DNA of 64,000 nucleotides from an uncultured Neomegalonema sp. GTDB lineage: Bacteria > Pseudomonadota > Alphaproteobacteria > Rhodobacterales > Rhodobacteraceae. Location: the NCBI GenBank assembly GCA_937974055.1, contig CALJIU010000115.1:2967-66966 (forward strand), read 5' to 3'. This document shows, piece after piece, positions 29,023-40,204 of the stretch (position 1 is its first letter; each line of letters opens with the position of its first letter). The position numbers and the translations under genes were made by a program. The notes beneath the pieces are model-generated. The model did not search any database. It was not told the origin of the DNA and saw nothing but the letters and a program-made list of their open reading frames with translations.

Positions 29023-30444
29023 TCAGCTCGACAGCCGAACGACGTTATCCGCCGTCGCCATGCGCGCGCCGCCCCGGTTCGACGTCGTGACGCCAAGTGC
29101 TTTCAGCTTCCGGTGCAATGCCGACCGCTCCATACCGATGAACGATGCTGTGCGCGAGACATTCCCGCCGAACCGATTGATCTGCGCAATCAGGTAATCA
29201 CGCTCGAACGCCTCACGCGCCTCACGCAATGGCATCGAGACGAAGTTATCCCCGCTCTCACTGACCGCAGGGCCGCCGCCACCCGCGATCATCACTTCCT
29301 GCGGCAGATCGTCGGCGGTTATGTCTTGCCCCAGCCGGTCGCCAAGGATCATCATCCGCTCCACGATATTACGAAGCTGGCGAACGTTACCCGGCCAGTC
29401 ATAGGCTTGCAGCACCGCCATCGCATCCTGAGCGAAAGCACGCTTTGCCAAGCCCTGTTCCCGGTGCAATCGCTCCGTCAGATGCTCGACCAACATCGGA
29501 ATATCCTCACGGCGCAGTCCGAGCGCAGGCACTTCAACCGGCACGACGTTCAGCCGGTGGTACAGGTCTTCGCGGAAGTTGCCCGCCGCAATTTCCTCCA
29601 CCAGATCACGGCTCGATGAACTGACGATCCGCACATCGACCCGCACGGTGTCAGACCCGCCCACGCGGCTGAAACATTGATCCACCAGCACGCGCAGTAT
29701 CTTTGGCTGCGTTTCGCGCGGCATATCCGCAACTTCGTCGAAGAACAGCGTGCCACCATGCGCCGCTTCCAGCAAACCCGGCTGCGCCAACCCGCCATCC
29801 TTCTGACGTCCGAATAATTTTTCTTCTAGATGATCAGGGTCCATCGTCGCCGCACTCACCACGACAAAAGGCGCATCTGTACGCTTGGAATGCGCGTGCA
29901 GGAACCGCGCGGCCACTTCCTTGCCCGCTCCAGATGGCCCGGTAATCAGCACCCGGCTACCCGTCGGCGCAATCCGCTGCAATGTCGTTCGCAGGCCCGC
30001 CATGGCCGAGGACTCACCCAACAAATCAGTGGTGCGCTCGTCCTGCTGCTTCAACGCCGAATTCTCGCGCCGCAAATGCGATGCCTCCAGCGCCCGCAGG
30101 GTGGTCAGCATCAAAACGTCGGTCTTGAATGGCTTTTCGATGAAGTCATAGGCGCCCTGCTGGATCGCAGCTACCGCCAGCTCGACATTCCCATGACCGC
30201 TGATGATCACGATCGGTATCTCAGGATTGTCCCGTTTGACGGTCTTGAGTACCTCGATCCCGTCCTTTCGACTGCCCTGCAACCAGATATCGAGGATAAT
30301 AAGGTCCGGCTGCCGTGCATTGATTTCCGCAAACGCGCTCTCCGCACAGGCGGCGCGACGGGCGACATGCCCTTCGTCTTCGAGGATTTCGGAAATCAGA
30401 TCGCGGATATCGGCTTCGTCATCGACGACAAGAATGTCTGCCAT
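29023..30444 (-). CDS. ntrX: Response regulator NtrX (receiver + AAA+ + HTH)
   Basis: Receiver ILVVDDE...D, Walker A GPSGAGKE and a C-terminal Fis-type HTH. No GAFTGA motif, which fits my recollection of NtrX proteins (not checked). Downstream of ntrY. Confidence 0.85.
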   Translation of the reverse strand: MADILVVDDEADIRDLISEILEDEGHVARRAACAESAFAEINARQPDLIILDIWLQGSRKDGIEVLKTVKRDNPEIPIVIISGHGNVELAVAAIQQGAYDFIEKPFKTDVLMLTTLRALEASHLRRENSALKQQDERTTDLLGESSAMAGLRTTLQRIAPTGSRVLITGPSGAGKEVAARFLHAHSKRTDAPFVVVSAATMDPDHLEEKLFGRQKDGGLAQPGLLEAAHGGTLFFDEVADMPRETQPKILRVLVDQCFSRVGGSDTVRVDVRIVSSSSRDLVEEIAAGNFREDLYHRLNVVPVEVPALGLRREDIPMLVEHLTERLHREQGLAKRAFAQDAMAVLQAYDWPGNVRQLRNIVERMMILGDRLGQDITADDLPQEVMIAGGGGPAVSESGDNFVSMPLREAREAFERDYLIAQINRFGGNVSRTASFIGMERSALHRKLKALGVTTSNRGGARMATADNVVRLSS

Positions 30445-30505
30445 TGGATCGTGCCTCTCTGTCGTTTCTTATTGATACTATTGGATAGTGTCGGCGGATG
30501 CTCGT

Positions 30506-32770
30506 TTAGGATGTTCCGGTCGAACCGGCTGTTTCGATCTCGTTCATAGGTGCCTCCACAATTGCTGCACATGGTAAACGAATACTAACCTGCGCGCCGC
30601 CCGCATCTCCGGCAGCGTCGATCAATGTCAGCGTTCCGCCATGGTCTTCGATGATCCGCCTGACGATGGCGAGGCCCAGCCCCGTCCCGCCCTTTTTGTT
30701 CGTCACATACGGTTCCGTCAGCTTTTCGCGCTCACGAACCGGGAAACCCGCGCCGTTATCGACCACATCGATGGCCAAGTCCTGCCCCACGATCCCCGTC
30801 CGAATCTCGATCCGACCATCCGAGCTGCCCTGCGCCTCATGGTGCTCACGCACAGATTGTGCCGCATTGCGAATGAGATTGGTAAAGGCCTGCGATATCA
30901 GCCCCCGGTCGCATTTCAGCACGATGCCGGATGTTTCAGGTGTCTGCGCGAAATCTATGTCCGGGTATTCCGCGCTATGCAGGTCGAGGATCTCGGAGAA
31001 TAGCGGATCAAGTGCCATATTCGCGAATTCCGGCTTCGGCATCCGCGCGAAGTTCGAGAATTCCTCGACCATCCGCCGAATTTGTCCGACCTGCCGCACG
31101 ATCGTATCGACGCATTGATCGAAGACGGGCCGGTTTTCCTCGACCTGAACACCGAACTTCCGGCGCAAGCGTTCAGCCGATAGCTGGATCGGCGTCAGCG
31201 GGTTGCGAATTTCATGCGCGACCCGCTGGGCCACATCCCCCCAAGCCGCCAGCCGCTGGGCCGAGACGAGCGCCGTCATATCATCGAGCGTAACCACGTA
31301 GCCTTCGAGTCCGTCGTCACCGCGCTGGCACGCCACCCGCACCAGATATTCCCGCTCGCCCGCATCAGATATTCGGATCACACGCCCTTCCGAGATGCCG
31401 AGCGGCGAAACCTCCGAGCGTTCCACAACATTGAGCGTTCCCGGCAGCAATGCATCGATGGCCGCAATCGTCTGCGGCGTTTCCGCCTCACCCACGATCT
31501 GCATGGCAGATGCGTTCAGCAGGTCGATATTGCCTTTAGAATCAATGCCCACGACCCCGGCTGTAACCCCGGCAATCACGGCTTCGGTAAACCGACGCCG
31601 GTGATCCAGTTCGATGTTCACATCCAGCAGCGTGTCACGCTGACGCTGCACCTGACTGGTCATGCGATTGAATGCCCGCGACAGCGTGGCGATTTCGTCG
31701 TCGCCCGATTCCTCACGCACCCGCGCATTCAGATCGCCCCGCGCAACCCTGTCGGCGGCCCCTGCAAGCCTCCCGATAGGCCGCGCCAGCCGGTCCGCGA
31801 CCCAGATGCCCAGCCAGATCGCCATCGACACGACGATCACCGCGAAGCCGATGTAGAGAACCGCGAACAGGATTTGCATATCCCCCCGCTGTTCTTCCAG
31901 TTCCTCGTATTGCAAGGCCATAGCCCGCGTATCCGCCAGCACGCGCGCCGCTTCTTCATCCACCGGGCGCACCAGATACAGATAGGAATCGAACACACCG
32001 CCTAGCGGTGCCAACGCCTTGATCGCCGCCGTGCGGGGGTCGTCGAAGACATATATCTCCCCCTGCTTCGCCTGCTTGACATGCCGCTCATCCGGCGCTT
32101 CGTAGAGAAACAGATAGCTGTTCGGACCTCTTGCGATGATTTTCCCACTCGAATCAATAACATAAACTTCGGCCAACCGCCGCCGCGCGGATACCGCCGC
32201 GAGTATCTCGGTCAGATCCTGTTGTCGCAGCGTTCCATAGGGTGAGGCCCGCGCAATCTCGGTGGCGACGACGCTGGCGTCCAGCCGGATCGTCTGGTGG
32301 CTTTGCTTCACGTAGGATTCCGCAATCTGCACCGAATTGCGTACCACCCCGCCTACCCGGTCATTCAGCCAGCTTTCCAGCGTCACCGTTACGGAAATCG
32401 CGGCGAACAAACCTAGAAGCAATGCGGGCGCAACGGCGATGATCGTAAACATCCGCACCATGCGCAGGTGCAGCCGCGACCCCGCTGACCGCGCCCGCCG
32501 CGCCAGTACCAGAGTCGCGATACGCCACGCGATGACGGCAATTAGTGCAAGGGCAAGGCAAAAATCCAGCACCAGCATGACGCGCAGCGTCGTCCGGTCG
32601 ATCCCCAGCACATCTCCACTCGTCGCCAGATAATACGTGAAAATCGCGCATATCGGTGCAGCAATAGCCAGCGCAAGGCCAAGCCCGCTCATGATGCGGC
32701 GACGCCCCAGAGTGCCGCTGAACCATGCGCGGCTTTGTTGTACGGGGGGATCGGGAAAGGTGAGCGACAT
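30506..32770 (-). CDS. ntrY: Sensor histidine kinase NtrY
   Basis: N-terminal TM segments, HAMP, PAS, H-box HEIRNPLTPI and an ATPase domain. 754 aa. Confidence 0.85.
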   Translation of the reverse strand: MSLTFPDPPVQQSRAWFSGTLGRRRIMSGLGLALAIAAPICAIFTYYLATSGDVLGIDRTTLRVMLVLDFCLALALIAVIAWRIATLVLARRARSAGSRLHLRMVRMFTIIAVAPALLLGLFAAISVTVTLESWLNDRVGGVVRNSVQIAESYVKQSHQTIRLDASVVATEIARASPYGTLRQQDLTEILAAVSARRRLAEVYVIDSSGKIIARGPNSYLFLYEAPDERHVKQAKQGEIYVFDDPRTAAIKALAPLGGVFDSYLYLVRPVDEEAARVLADTRAMALQYEELEEQRGDMQILFAVLYIGFAVIVVSMAIWLGIWVADRLARPIGRLAGAADRVARGDLNARVREESGDDEIATLSRAFNRMTSQVQRQRDTLLDVNIELDHRRRFTEAVIAGVTAGVVGIDSKGNIDLLNASAMQIVGEAETPQTIAAIDALLPGTLNVVERSEVSPLGISEGRVIRISDAGEREYLVRVACQRGDDGLEGYVVTLDDMTALVSAQRLAAWGDVAQRVAHEIRNPLTPIQLSAERLRRKFGVQVEENRPVFDQCVDTIVRQVGQIRRMVEEFSNFARMPKPEFANMALDPLFSEILDLHSAEYPDIDFAQTPETSGIVLKCDRGLISQAFTNLIRNAAQSVREHHEAQGSSDGRIEIRTGIVGQDLAIDVVDNGAGFPVREREKLTEPYVTNKKGGTGLGLAIVRRIIEDHGGTLTLIDAAGDAGGAQVSIRLPCAAIVEAPMNEIETAGSTGTS

Positions 32771-32844
32771 GGATCGGTTAGCTCTCCGAGCGAAAAACCG
32801 CGCTTCTATTGCAACGTTTCAAGCCACATTGTGACAATCGTGCA

Positions 32845-34293
32845 TCACCTTTTCTTTCGATCTACCGGAATGTCAAGCTCCCGAATCTTTTTTCTCAAGG
32901 TATTTCGATTAAGCCCGAGCAAATCGGCAGCTTTCAACTGGTTCCCGCGTGTTGCGGCTAGCGATAGTGTGATCAGCGGAAATTCGACTTCCCGGAGAAT
33001 ACGCTGATACAGGCCCGCCGGCGGGATCGCATCGCCGTGCATCGCGAAATACCGCTTAAGATGCTCCTCTACCAACCCCGAAAGGTCGCTAGGCCGGTCG
33101 CCAAGGTTATTCGCTTCGACATATTGCGGTGCCAGCTCCGCCTCGATTACCGCCCGGTCCACGATATCCTCCGGGCAGAGCGCGGCGATCCGCTTCATCA
33201 GGTTTTGCAATTCCCGCACGTTACCGGGCCAGTCATGCTCACGCAGCGCATCCATCGCATCGCGCGACACCGTTTTGCGCGGCAATCCCTCCGCCACCGC
33301 CTGGCGCAGAAATCCCCGCACGAGATCGGCGATATCATCCAGCCGTTCACGCAACGGGGGCAGGCGTATCGGCGCGACATTCAGGCGATAGAACAGGTCT
33401 TCGCGGAATATCCCCTCGCGAATATGGGTGCGCAGGTCTTGATGCGTCGCCGCGATGATCCGCACATCCGTCTTCTGCGCACCGGTCGCACCGACAGCGG
33501 TATATTCGCCCTCCTGCAACACCCGCAAAAGCCGCGTCTGCGCTTCGGGCGGCATATCCCCAATCTCGTCTAGGAACAGCGTCCCACCCTTGGCTTGCTC
33601 GAATTTGCCTGTCGAGCGCGCCGTCGCCCCGGTGAACGCGCCCTTCTCATGGCCGAATAGTTCCGACTCGATCAGATCACGCGGAATCGCGGCCATATTC
33701 ACCGCCACGAACGGCCCCGCTTTGCGCCGCCCGTAATCATGCAACGCTCGCGCGACCAGCTCCTTGCCCGTCCCGGATGCGCCGGTAATCATCACCGTCA
33801 AATCGGTATTCATCAACCGCGCCATCGCCCGATAGACATCCTGCATCGCCGCTGACCGCCCGATCAGCGGCTGCGCTTCTTCGCGCAGATCCGACACCCC
33901 GGCGTCATCCCCGGCGGCATCCGATCCTGTCCGCGCGAGTGCTTTACGCAGATGACTCACCAATTCCTTCAGATCGAAGGGCTTTGGCAGGTATTCATAC
34001 GCCCCCGAATCCGCCGCGCGGATCGCCATCATCACCGTATTCTGGGCGCTCATCACGATCACCGGCAGTTCGGGCCGCCGCCGCTTGATCGTCGGCAGCA
34101 TGTCGAGGGCATCGCCATCGGGCATCATCACATCCGTGACGACCGCATCCCCCTCGCCTTCCTCGATCCAACGATACAGCGTCGATGCGGTGCCCGTGGA
34201 CCGCGTCTGAAACCCCGCCCGCGTCAACGCCTGCGACAGCACCGTGCGGATTGCCCGGTCATCATCCGCGATTAGGACCAGCGACCCACTCAT
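32845..34293 (-). CDS. ntrC: Nitrogen regulation response regulator NtrC
   Basis: Receiver domain, Walker [24 protein letters not shown] and a C-terminal HTH. Confidence 0.9.
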   Translation of the reverse strand: MSGSLVLIADDDRAIRTVLSQALTRAGFQTRSTGTASTLYRWIEEGEGDAVVTDVMMPDGDALDMLPTIKRRRPELPVIVMSAQNTVMMAIRAADSGAYEYLPKPFDLKELVSHLRKALARTGSDAAGDDAGVSDLREEAQPLIGRSAAMQDVYRAMARLMNTDLTVMITGASGTGKELVARALHDYGRRKAGPFVAVNMAAIPRDLIESELFGHEKGAFTGATARSTGKFEQAKGGTLFLDEIGDMPPEAQTRLLRVLQEGEYTAVGATGAQKTDVRIIAATHQDLRTHIREGIFREDLFYRLNVAPIRLPPLRERLDDIADLVRGFLRQAVAEGLPRKTVSRDAMDALREHDWPGNVRELQNLMKRIAALCPEDIVDRAVIEAELAPQYVEANNLGDRPSDLSGLVEEHLKRYFAMHGDAIPPAGLYQRILREVEFPLITLSLAATRGNQLKAADLLGLNRNTLRKKIRELDIPVDRKKR

Positions 34294-35375
34294 TCATCCA
34301 CCTCGCGCCAGACCGGCAACAGCATCCGAAAGACCGTGCGACCTTCGCCACTCTCGCACTCGATAACCCCGCCATGATCCGCGATTATCTTCGACACCAG
34401 CGCCAAGCCCAGCCCCGCGCCGGATGCCTTCGACGTCACGAACGGCTCGAAGATATGCGGATACAGTTCTTCGGGGATACCACGCCCATTATCGATGATC
34501 GACACTTCCAGCGGCAAACTCTGCCGCCCACCTCCCTTAACACCAGCCAGCCGCACACCGGGACGATAAGCCGTGCGCAACGTGATCTGACCTTTACCAT
34601 CAACCGCTTCAGCAGCGTTCTTAATAAGATTTTGGAACGCCTGTGCCAATTGATCCCGGTCCCCCACGGTGGGCGGCAGCGAGGGGTCGTATTCTTCTAC
34701 ATATCGCACATTCTGCCCAAATCCGGCCTGCGCCGCCCGCCGAGTCATGTCGAGTGCATCATGCAGATTCACCGGCAACCGCGCAGGCGGTCGCTCATCG
34801 GTGAAATGCTCCATCCGGTCGACGAGGCGACGGATACGCTCCGACTCCTCCTCGATCAACTCGGCCAGTTCCACCTCCTGATCCGCACAAAGATCCTGCA
34901 ACAACTGTGCGGCCCCCGAAATCGCCGCCAGCGGGTTCTTGATCTCATGCGACATCGCCGCCGCCATCCCGCTCACCGACCGGGCGGCCCCACGATGGGC
35001 CAGATTACGGTCCATCTTCTCGGCAATGGATTTCGGTTGGATCATCACCAACAGCGCCGCACTCTTCGGTGTATCCGTCAAGGGTGTGACCTGCACATCC
35101 ACCGACACGGCCCCCGCCTCACGCTCCGTCAGCTCAACCCCATGCTCCGCCAATGACGCGGGCGTGTCTCGCGCCTGCTCCAGCAAAGCCGCCAATCGCG
35201 ACCCCTCCGGCGCAAATTCGGTGAACTTCTTCGTCCGCAAGCTTCGCGCACTCATCGACAAAAACTGTTCCGCAGCCGCATTGACCGCCGAGATCAGGCC
35301 GTCTTTCTCGACCACGAGAACGGGTATCGGAATGGTATTCCACAGAACCTCATAATCGGTAGAGGCCCCACTCAT
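34290..35375 (-). CDS. ntrB: Nitrogen regulation sensor kinase NtrB
   Basis: PAS domain, H-box SHEIKNPL and a kinase domain. 4-nt overlap with ntrC. Confidence 0.85.
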   Translation of the reverse strand: MSGASTDYEVLWNTIPIPVLVVEKDGLISAVNAAAEQFLSMSARSLRTKKFTEFAPEGSRLAALLEQARDTPASLAEHGVELTEREAGAVSVDVQVTPLTDTPKSAALLVMIQPKSIAEKMDRNLAHRGAARSVSGMAAAMSHEIKNPLAAISGAAQLLQDLCADQEVELAELIEEESERIRRLVDRMEHFTDERPPARLPVNLHDALDMTRRAAQAGFGQNVRYVEEYDPSLPPTVGDRDQLAQAFQNLIKNAAEAVDGKGQITLRTAYRPGVRLAGVKGGGRQSLPLEVSIIDNGRGIPEELYPHIFEPFVTSKASGAGLGLALVSKIIADHGGVIECESGEGRTVFRMLLPVWREVDE

Positions 35376-36376
35376 GCCGCAACCTGCGTCTCGGCTTGGA
35401 CGGCGGGCCAGTCATAGGCTCGCAACTCCGCCCTCACAGAATCGGGATCGTCATTGCGAATAACCCGCTGCCGAACCGCCGCCCCATCGGGTCGCCCCGC
35501 CAGCCACCACCCGAAATGCTTGCGCGCAGACCGCATCCCAATCGCCTCACCGTAACAGGCAAGTTGCCCCTCATAATGCTCGATCACGATGTCGCATAGC
35601 GCGCCACCCACCGGCGCAGGCCGCAACGCTCTGCCCTGCAAGGCATCGGCAACCTGCCCTGCCAGCCAGGGCGCGCCCTGCGTTCCCCGCCCGATCATCA
35701 CCCCCGCCGCCCCCGATTGCGACAGCGCCTCTCGTGCGGCATCCGCGCCAACGATATCGCCATTCACCAGCACAGGGATATCAACCGCCTCAACCACCGC
35801 CCGCACCGCCGACCAATCCGCCGTTCCACGATATAGCTGCGACCGCGTTCGCCCATGCACCACCAGCATCGTGACACCGGCATCCTCGGCCAACCGCGCG
35901 ATTTGTGGTGCGTTCAGCGTGCCCTCGTCCCAGCCCAGCCTCATTTTCAGCGTCACGGGGATATCCACCGCCCCCACCGTCGCCTCGATCAGCGATAACG
36001 CCTTGTCCGGGTCACGCATCAGCGCCGACCCAGAATACCCGTTCGTCACTTTCTTGGCCGGGCACCCCATATTGATATCGATGATCCGCGCCCCGTTCCC
36101 AGCCACCCGCCGGGCCGCCTCGGCCATCCATTCTGCCTCGCATCCGGCAAGCTGCACCGCTGCCAGCGTCTCGTCTTGCGCAACGTCCAACCGAACCGCT
36201 GATAGCCGCCGCTCCGCCAGCAATTCCCGGCTCGCCACCATCTCCGACACGACATACGGCGCGCCAAAACGCGCGGCCAGCTTGCGGAAAGGCGCATCCG
36301 TGATCCCCGCCATAGGCGCAAGCGCCACGGGAACGTCGAGGCGCTCTTCGCCGATCTCGATAGGGTGGAGGGTCAT
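35372..36376 (-). CDS. dusB: tRNA-dihydrouridine synthase B (NifR3)
   Basis: LAPMAGITDAPFR...IDINMGCPAKKV motifs. Sits upstream of ntrBC, as is common in alphaproteobacteria. Confidence 0.85.
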   Translation of the reverse strand: MTLHPIEIGEERLDVPVALAPMAGITDAPFRKLAARFGAPYVVSEMVASRELLAERRLSAVRLDVAQDETLAAVQLAGCEAEWMAEAARRVAGNGARIIDINMGCPAKKVTNGYSGSALMRDPDKALSLIEATVGAVDIPVTLKMRLGWDEGTLNAPQIARLAEDAGVTMLVVHGRTRSQLYRGTADWSAVRAVVEAVDIPVLVNGDIVGADAAREALSQSGAAGVMIGRGTQGAPWLAGQVADALQGRALRPAPVGGALCDIVIEHYEGQLACYGEAIGMRSARKHFGWWLAGRPDGAAVRQRVIRNDDPDSVRAELRAYDWPAVQAETQVAA

Positions 36377-36469
36377 GAATCATCCCGCGATTACGCCTGC
36401 AGTCATAGCTTTTCGCGATAGGACGCACAAGAATCTTGCGTCCGCGCCCACGCTCAATACTGTCGCGCC

Positions 36470-37645
36470 ATGAATGAACACCCACGCATAGCCGCCCTCA
36501 TCGTCGCCGCCGGGCGTGGAACGCGGGCCGGGGGCGGCACGCCCAAGCAATACCGGCAACTTGCGGGCCGCTCCGTCCTGACCCGCACATTACAGGCATT
36601 CGTCGATCACCCCACAATCGACTCGATCACTGTCGTCATCCACCAAGACGACCGCCCCTTGTACGATGCCGCCATCCCCAACAGCCCCAAGATGCGCCCC
36701 CCCGTCAGTGGCGGAAGCAGCCGTTCTCAAAGCGTTTACAACGGCATACGCGATCTTTCTCAAAGAAATACCGACATCGTTCTCATCCACGATGCCGCCC
36801 GCCCGATGGTCGATTCAGGTGTACTTGACCGCGTCATTGCCGCCCTGAATACGGACGACGGGGCCGTCGCCATGCTTCCCGCCGTCGATGCGATGCGGGC
36901 AGTCCACGACGACGCCCTCGGCGAAAACATCCCCCGCGACGGCGTGCATCGCGCCCAGACGCCACAGGGCTTCCGCTTCGCCCCCATCCTCTCGGCCTTC
37001 GAGGCGGCAGAAGCCGCAGAAACGCTGGATAGTCATCTCGACGACGCGGCGGTTGGCATGGCGAATGGCCTATCCGTGACGATGGTGCCTGGCGATCCGC
37101 TCAACTTTAAACTCACCACGCCGGAGGATTTCGCGATGGCCGAACGTCTGCTCGCAATTCCCGACATCAGAAACGGCCAAGGCTTTGATGTCCATGCCTT
37201 TTCCCCAGGCGATCACGTCACACTTTGCGGCATCGACATTCCCCATGATAAGGCACTCAGCGGCCATTCCGACGCCGATGTCGGCCTCCACGCTCTTACC
37301 GATGCGATCCTTGGGGCGGCGGCGGCGGGGGATATAGGCCGCCACTTTCCGCCCTCCGATCCACAATGGAAAGGTGCGGATAGTGCAATCTTTCTCGCCC
37401 ATGCCATTGAAATCGTGAATGAAATGAGCTTCACACTTTCCAATGTCGATATAACCCTCATGTGCGAGCGCCCCAAGATCACCCCCCATTCCGAGGCGAT
37501 GCGCCACCGGGTTGGTGAGATTTGCGGACTGGATATCGACCGCGTCAGCGTCAAGGCAACCACCACTGAACGCCTCGGCTTTTGCGGGCGTGAAGAGGGC
37601 ATCGCTGCCCTCGCCTCCGCCACCCTCATCCGGTTATCCACATGA
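36470..37645 (+). CDS. ispDF: Bifunctional IspD/IspF (MEP cytidylyltransferase / MEcPP synthase)
   Basis: N-terminal AAGRGTRAG motif. C-terminal IspF motifs GQGFDVHAF and GHSDADV. Confidence 0.9.
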   Translation: MNEHPRIAALIVAAGRGTRAGGGTPKQYRQLAGRSVLTRTLQAFVDHPTIDSITVVIHQDDRPLYDAAIPNSPKMRPPVSGGSSRSQSVYNGIRDLSQRNTDIVLIHDAARPMVDSGVLDRVIAALNTDDGAVAMLPAVDAMRAVHDDALGENIPRDGVHRAQTPQGFRFAPILSAFEAAEAAETLDSHLDDAAVGMANGLSVTMVPGDPLNFKLTTPEDFAMAERLLAIPDIRNGQGFDVHAFSPGDHVTLCGIDIPHDKALSGHSDADVGLHALTDAILGAAAAGDIGRHFPPSDPQWKGADSAIFLAHAIEIVNEMSFTLSNVDITLMCERPKITPHSEAMRHRVGEICGLDIDRVSVKATTTERLGFCGREEGIAALASATLIRLST

Positions 37646-38145
37646 GCCGAATTGCACAAGCCATTGTAACCATGGGGGGTATAGGTTTTGCCCCCAAAGC
37701 CCCCGGCACCATCGCATCCGCCGCCGCCATCCCCCTTGCATGGCTGATAAACTGGGCTGGCGGCTTCCCCATGTTCGCCGCTGCGACCACCGCCGCCACA
37801 CTTATCGGCTATTGGGCGACGAAAAAATACATTGCCAATCAGCCACCTAACGCCGATCCTTCAGAAGTTGTCATAGACGAACTCGCCGGTCAGTGGATCG
37901 CCCTGCTCCCCCTGTCATTCGGCTTGATGCTCGCGGGCAGCGCGCCCCATGTTTTCCCCTACCCCGGATGGATCGCCGCATTCGCGCTTTTCCGCCTTTT
38001 CGACATCTGGAAGCCCGGTCTTGTGGGCTGGGCGGACCGACAGCACGGGGCGTTTGGCATCATGGCGGATGACGTGATCGCCGGGATCATGGCCGCGCTC
38101 ATCGCCACCGCAGCGGCCAGCATCGCCCATGGATGGTTTGCATGA
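37642..38145 (+). CDS. pgpA: Phosphatidylglycerophosphatase A
   Basis: GIGFAPKAPGT...VIDE...FRLFDIWKP motifs. ATGA overlap with ispDF. Confidence 0.8.
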   Translation: MSRIAQAIVTMGGIGFAPKAPGTIASAAAIPLAWLINWAGGFPMFAAATTAATLIGYWATKKYIANQPPNADPSEVVIDELAGQWIALLPLSFGLMLAGSAPHVFPYPGWIAAFALFRLFDIWKPGLVGWADRQHGAFGIMADDVIAGIMAALIATAAASIAHGWFA

Positions 38146-38630
38146 TCGACAATCAAATCAAAAACTTGGCGCTCGATCTTGTCGCACGCGCCAAGGCCCG
38201 CAACACCCACATCACCACCGCCGAAAGCTGCACCGGCGGCATGGTCGGTGCGGCGGTTACGGCCATTCCCGGCTCCTCTGAAATATATGAACGCGGCTTC
38301 ATAACCTATTCAAATCAAGCCAAAATCGACCTCTTGAACGTCCCACCCGCCACCCTCGACTCCCACGGCGCGGTCAGCGAGCAGGTCGCCGCCGCAATGG
38401 CCCTCGGCGCGCTCACCAACAGCGCCGCCCAATACGCTGTTTCCATTACCGGAATCGCCGGTCCCGGCGGCTCCGAATTCAAGCCCGAAGGCCGCGTTTG
38501 CTTCGCCCTCGCCACCGAAAACTCTGCCAAAACCGAGACCATTGATTTCGGCCCCCTCGGTCGAGACCAAGTTCGCCACGCCGCCACCCTTCATGCTCTG
38601 CATCTTCTCCATGCAGCCCTACGCGCCTGA
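38142..38630 (+). CDS. CinA-family (PncC-like nicotinamide-nucleotide amidohydrolase domain) protein
   Basis: TTAESCTGG...ITGIAGPGG motifs. ATGA overlap with pgpA. Confidence 0.8.
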   Translation: MIDNQIKNLALDLVARAKARNTHITTAESCTGGMVGAAVTAIPGSSEIYERGFITYSNQAKIDLLNVPPATLDSHGAVSEQVAAAMALGALTNSAAQYAVSITGIAGPGGSEFKPEGRVCFALATENSAKTETIDFGPLGRDQVRHAATLHALHLLHAALRA

Positions 38631-38885
38631 ACCGTCGAACTCAGTCGGCAAATCATCGATCTCCATCCCGCTCGCACCATCCTCAGCGTTCATCCTGTCC
38701 ATCTGCGTCGCGACCAAATCGTCCCCCCAAAAAACGCGATCACCGCCCCACGATTTCTGAATAAATTTTCAGCACAAAAGACCATCTGCACAAATTAAAG
38801 TCATTTGGATAAAACGACCCCGTTGCAATCGCCCACCCCATTCGTACACCTCCCCGCAAAATAAAATCTCAGGGGAAATTCCAAA

Positions 38886-40073
38886 ATGAACGGTGCAGAT
38901 ACCGCATGGATGATCGTCGCGACGGCGCTCGTCCTCTTTATGACCCTACCGGGCCTCGCGCTCTTTTATGCGGGCCTCGTCCGCGCGCGGAACGTGCTAT
39001 CGGTGCTCATGCAATGTTTCGCCATTGCTTGTGTGATGTCGGTGCTTTGGCTGGCCTTCGGCTACTCCATCGCCTTCGGGGGAGACGGCCCATTCTGGGG
39101 CGGGCTGGGCAAAAGCTTCCTGAACGGCGTCACGGCGGATAGCCTTAGCGGCACCATCCCCGAAGTCCTGTTCTTCGCCTTCCAGATGACCTTCGCCATC
39201 ATCACCCCGGCCCTGATCGTCGGGGCTTATGTCGAGCGAATCGGGTTTGGCTTCGTCCTCCTGTTCTCCTCCCTCTGGATGCTGCTCTGCTACGCCCCCG
39301 TCACCCATTGGGTCTGGGGCGGTGGATGGCTGGGCCAGATGGGCGTGATGGATTTCGCGGGCGGCATCGTCGTTCACGAAACCGCCGGTATCGCGGCCCT
39401 TGTCATCGGCGTCTTCCTCGGCGCACGGCGCGGATTTCCCAAGGATATCAAGCCACCGCATAACCCCGGTATGACCATGATCGGCGCGTCGATGCTGTGG
39501 GTCGGCTGGTTCGGCTTCAATGCGGGGTCGCAGCTTGCGGCGGATGGCGGTGCGGCCATGGCCCTTGTCGTCACCCATATCTCTGCGGCAACCGCCTCGA
39601 TCACTTGGGCGCTGTACGAACGGTTCAAGCATGGCAAGGCATCCATGATCGGCATGGTCACCGGCACCATCGCCGGTCTGGCCTCCATCACCCCCGCCTC
39701 CGGCTTCGTCGGTCCGGTCGGTGCGTTGTTCATCGGTGCGGTCGCGGGTGTGCTGTGTCAGGAAATGTGCGGCATCATCAAATCGCGCTTGAAGATCGAC
39801 GACACGCTGGATGTCTTCGCGGTCCACGGCGTCGGCGGTATCTTCGGCACGATCATGGCTCCGCTGCTGGCCACCGCACCCTTGGCGGATGGTCAGGGCG
39901 TCATGACCCAGCTTATCGCCCTCGCCGCCGTCGGCGTCTTCACGCTGGTCGTCACGGTGATACTGGTCAAGCTCTGCGCGCTGGTCTTCCCTATTCGTGT
40001 GCCGGAGGATGACGAGGTCGAGGGTCTGGACTACACCGCCCACGGCGAGCGCGCCTACGACTGGGTTTCCTGA
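38886..40073 (+). CDS. amtB: Ammonium transporter (Amt family), with no adjacent glnK
   Basis: DTAWMIVATALVLFMTLPGLALFYAG..., DFAGG.VVH and the twin-His region. 395 aa. Confidence 0.9.
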   Translation: MNGADTAWMIVATALVLFMTLPGLALFYAGLVRARNVLSVLMQCFAIACVMSVLWLAFGYSIAFGGDGPFWGGLGKSFLNGVTADSLSGTIPEVLFFAFQMTFAIITPALIVGAYVERIGFGFVLLFSSLWMLLCYAPVTHWVWGGGWLGQMGVMDFAGGIVVHETAGIAALVIGVFLGARRGFPKDIKPPHNPGMTMIGASMLWVGWFGFNAGSQLAADGGAAMALVVTHISAATASITWALYERFKHGKASMIGMVTGTIAGLASITPASGFVGPVGALFIGAVAGVLCQEMCGIIKSRLKIDDTLDVFAVHGVGGIFGTIMAPLLATAPLADGQGVMTQLIALAAVGVFTLVVTVILVKLCALVFPIRVPEDDEVEGLDYTAHGERAYDWVS

Positions 40074-40094
40074 CCCCGACGTCGCAGGAAATTG

Positions 40095-40121
40095 GAATAT
40101 GCCGCACGTGGCGGCATATTC
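40095..40121 (+). terminator. Perfect 11-bp hairpin downstream of amt
   Basis: GAATATGCCGC-acgtg-GCGGCATATTC lies 22 nt after the stop. There is no clear U-tract. Confidence 0.5.
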
Positions 40122-40204
40122 ACGGCTTCAAAACCGAAGAATCGCGCTAGTGTCGTGGACAGACCCGGCAAACACCGCGTCAGCAACGGCACAAGGAATG
40201 CGGT

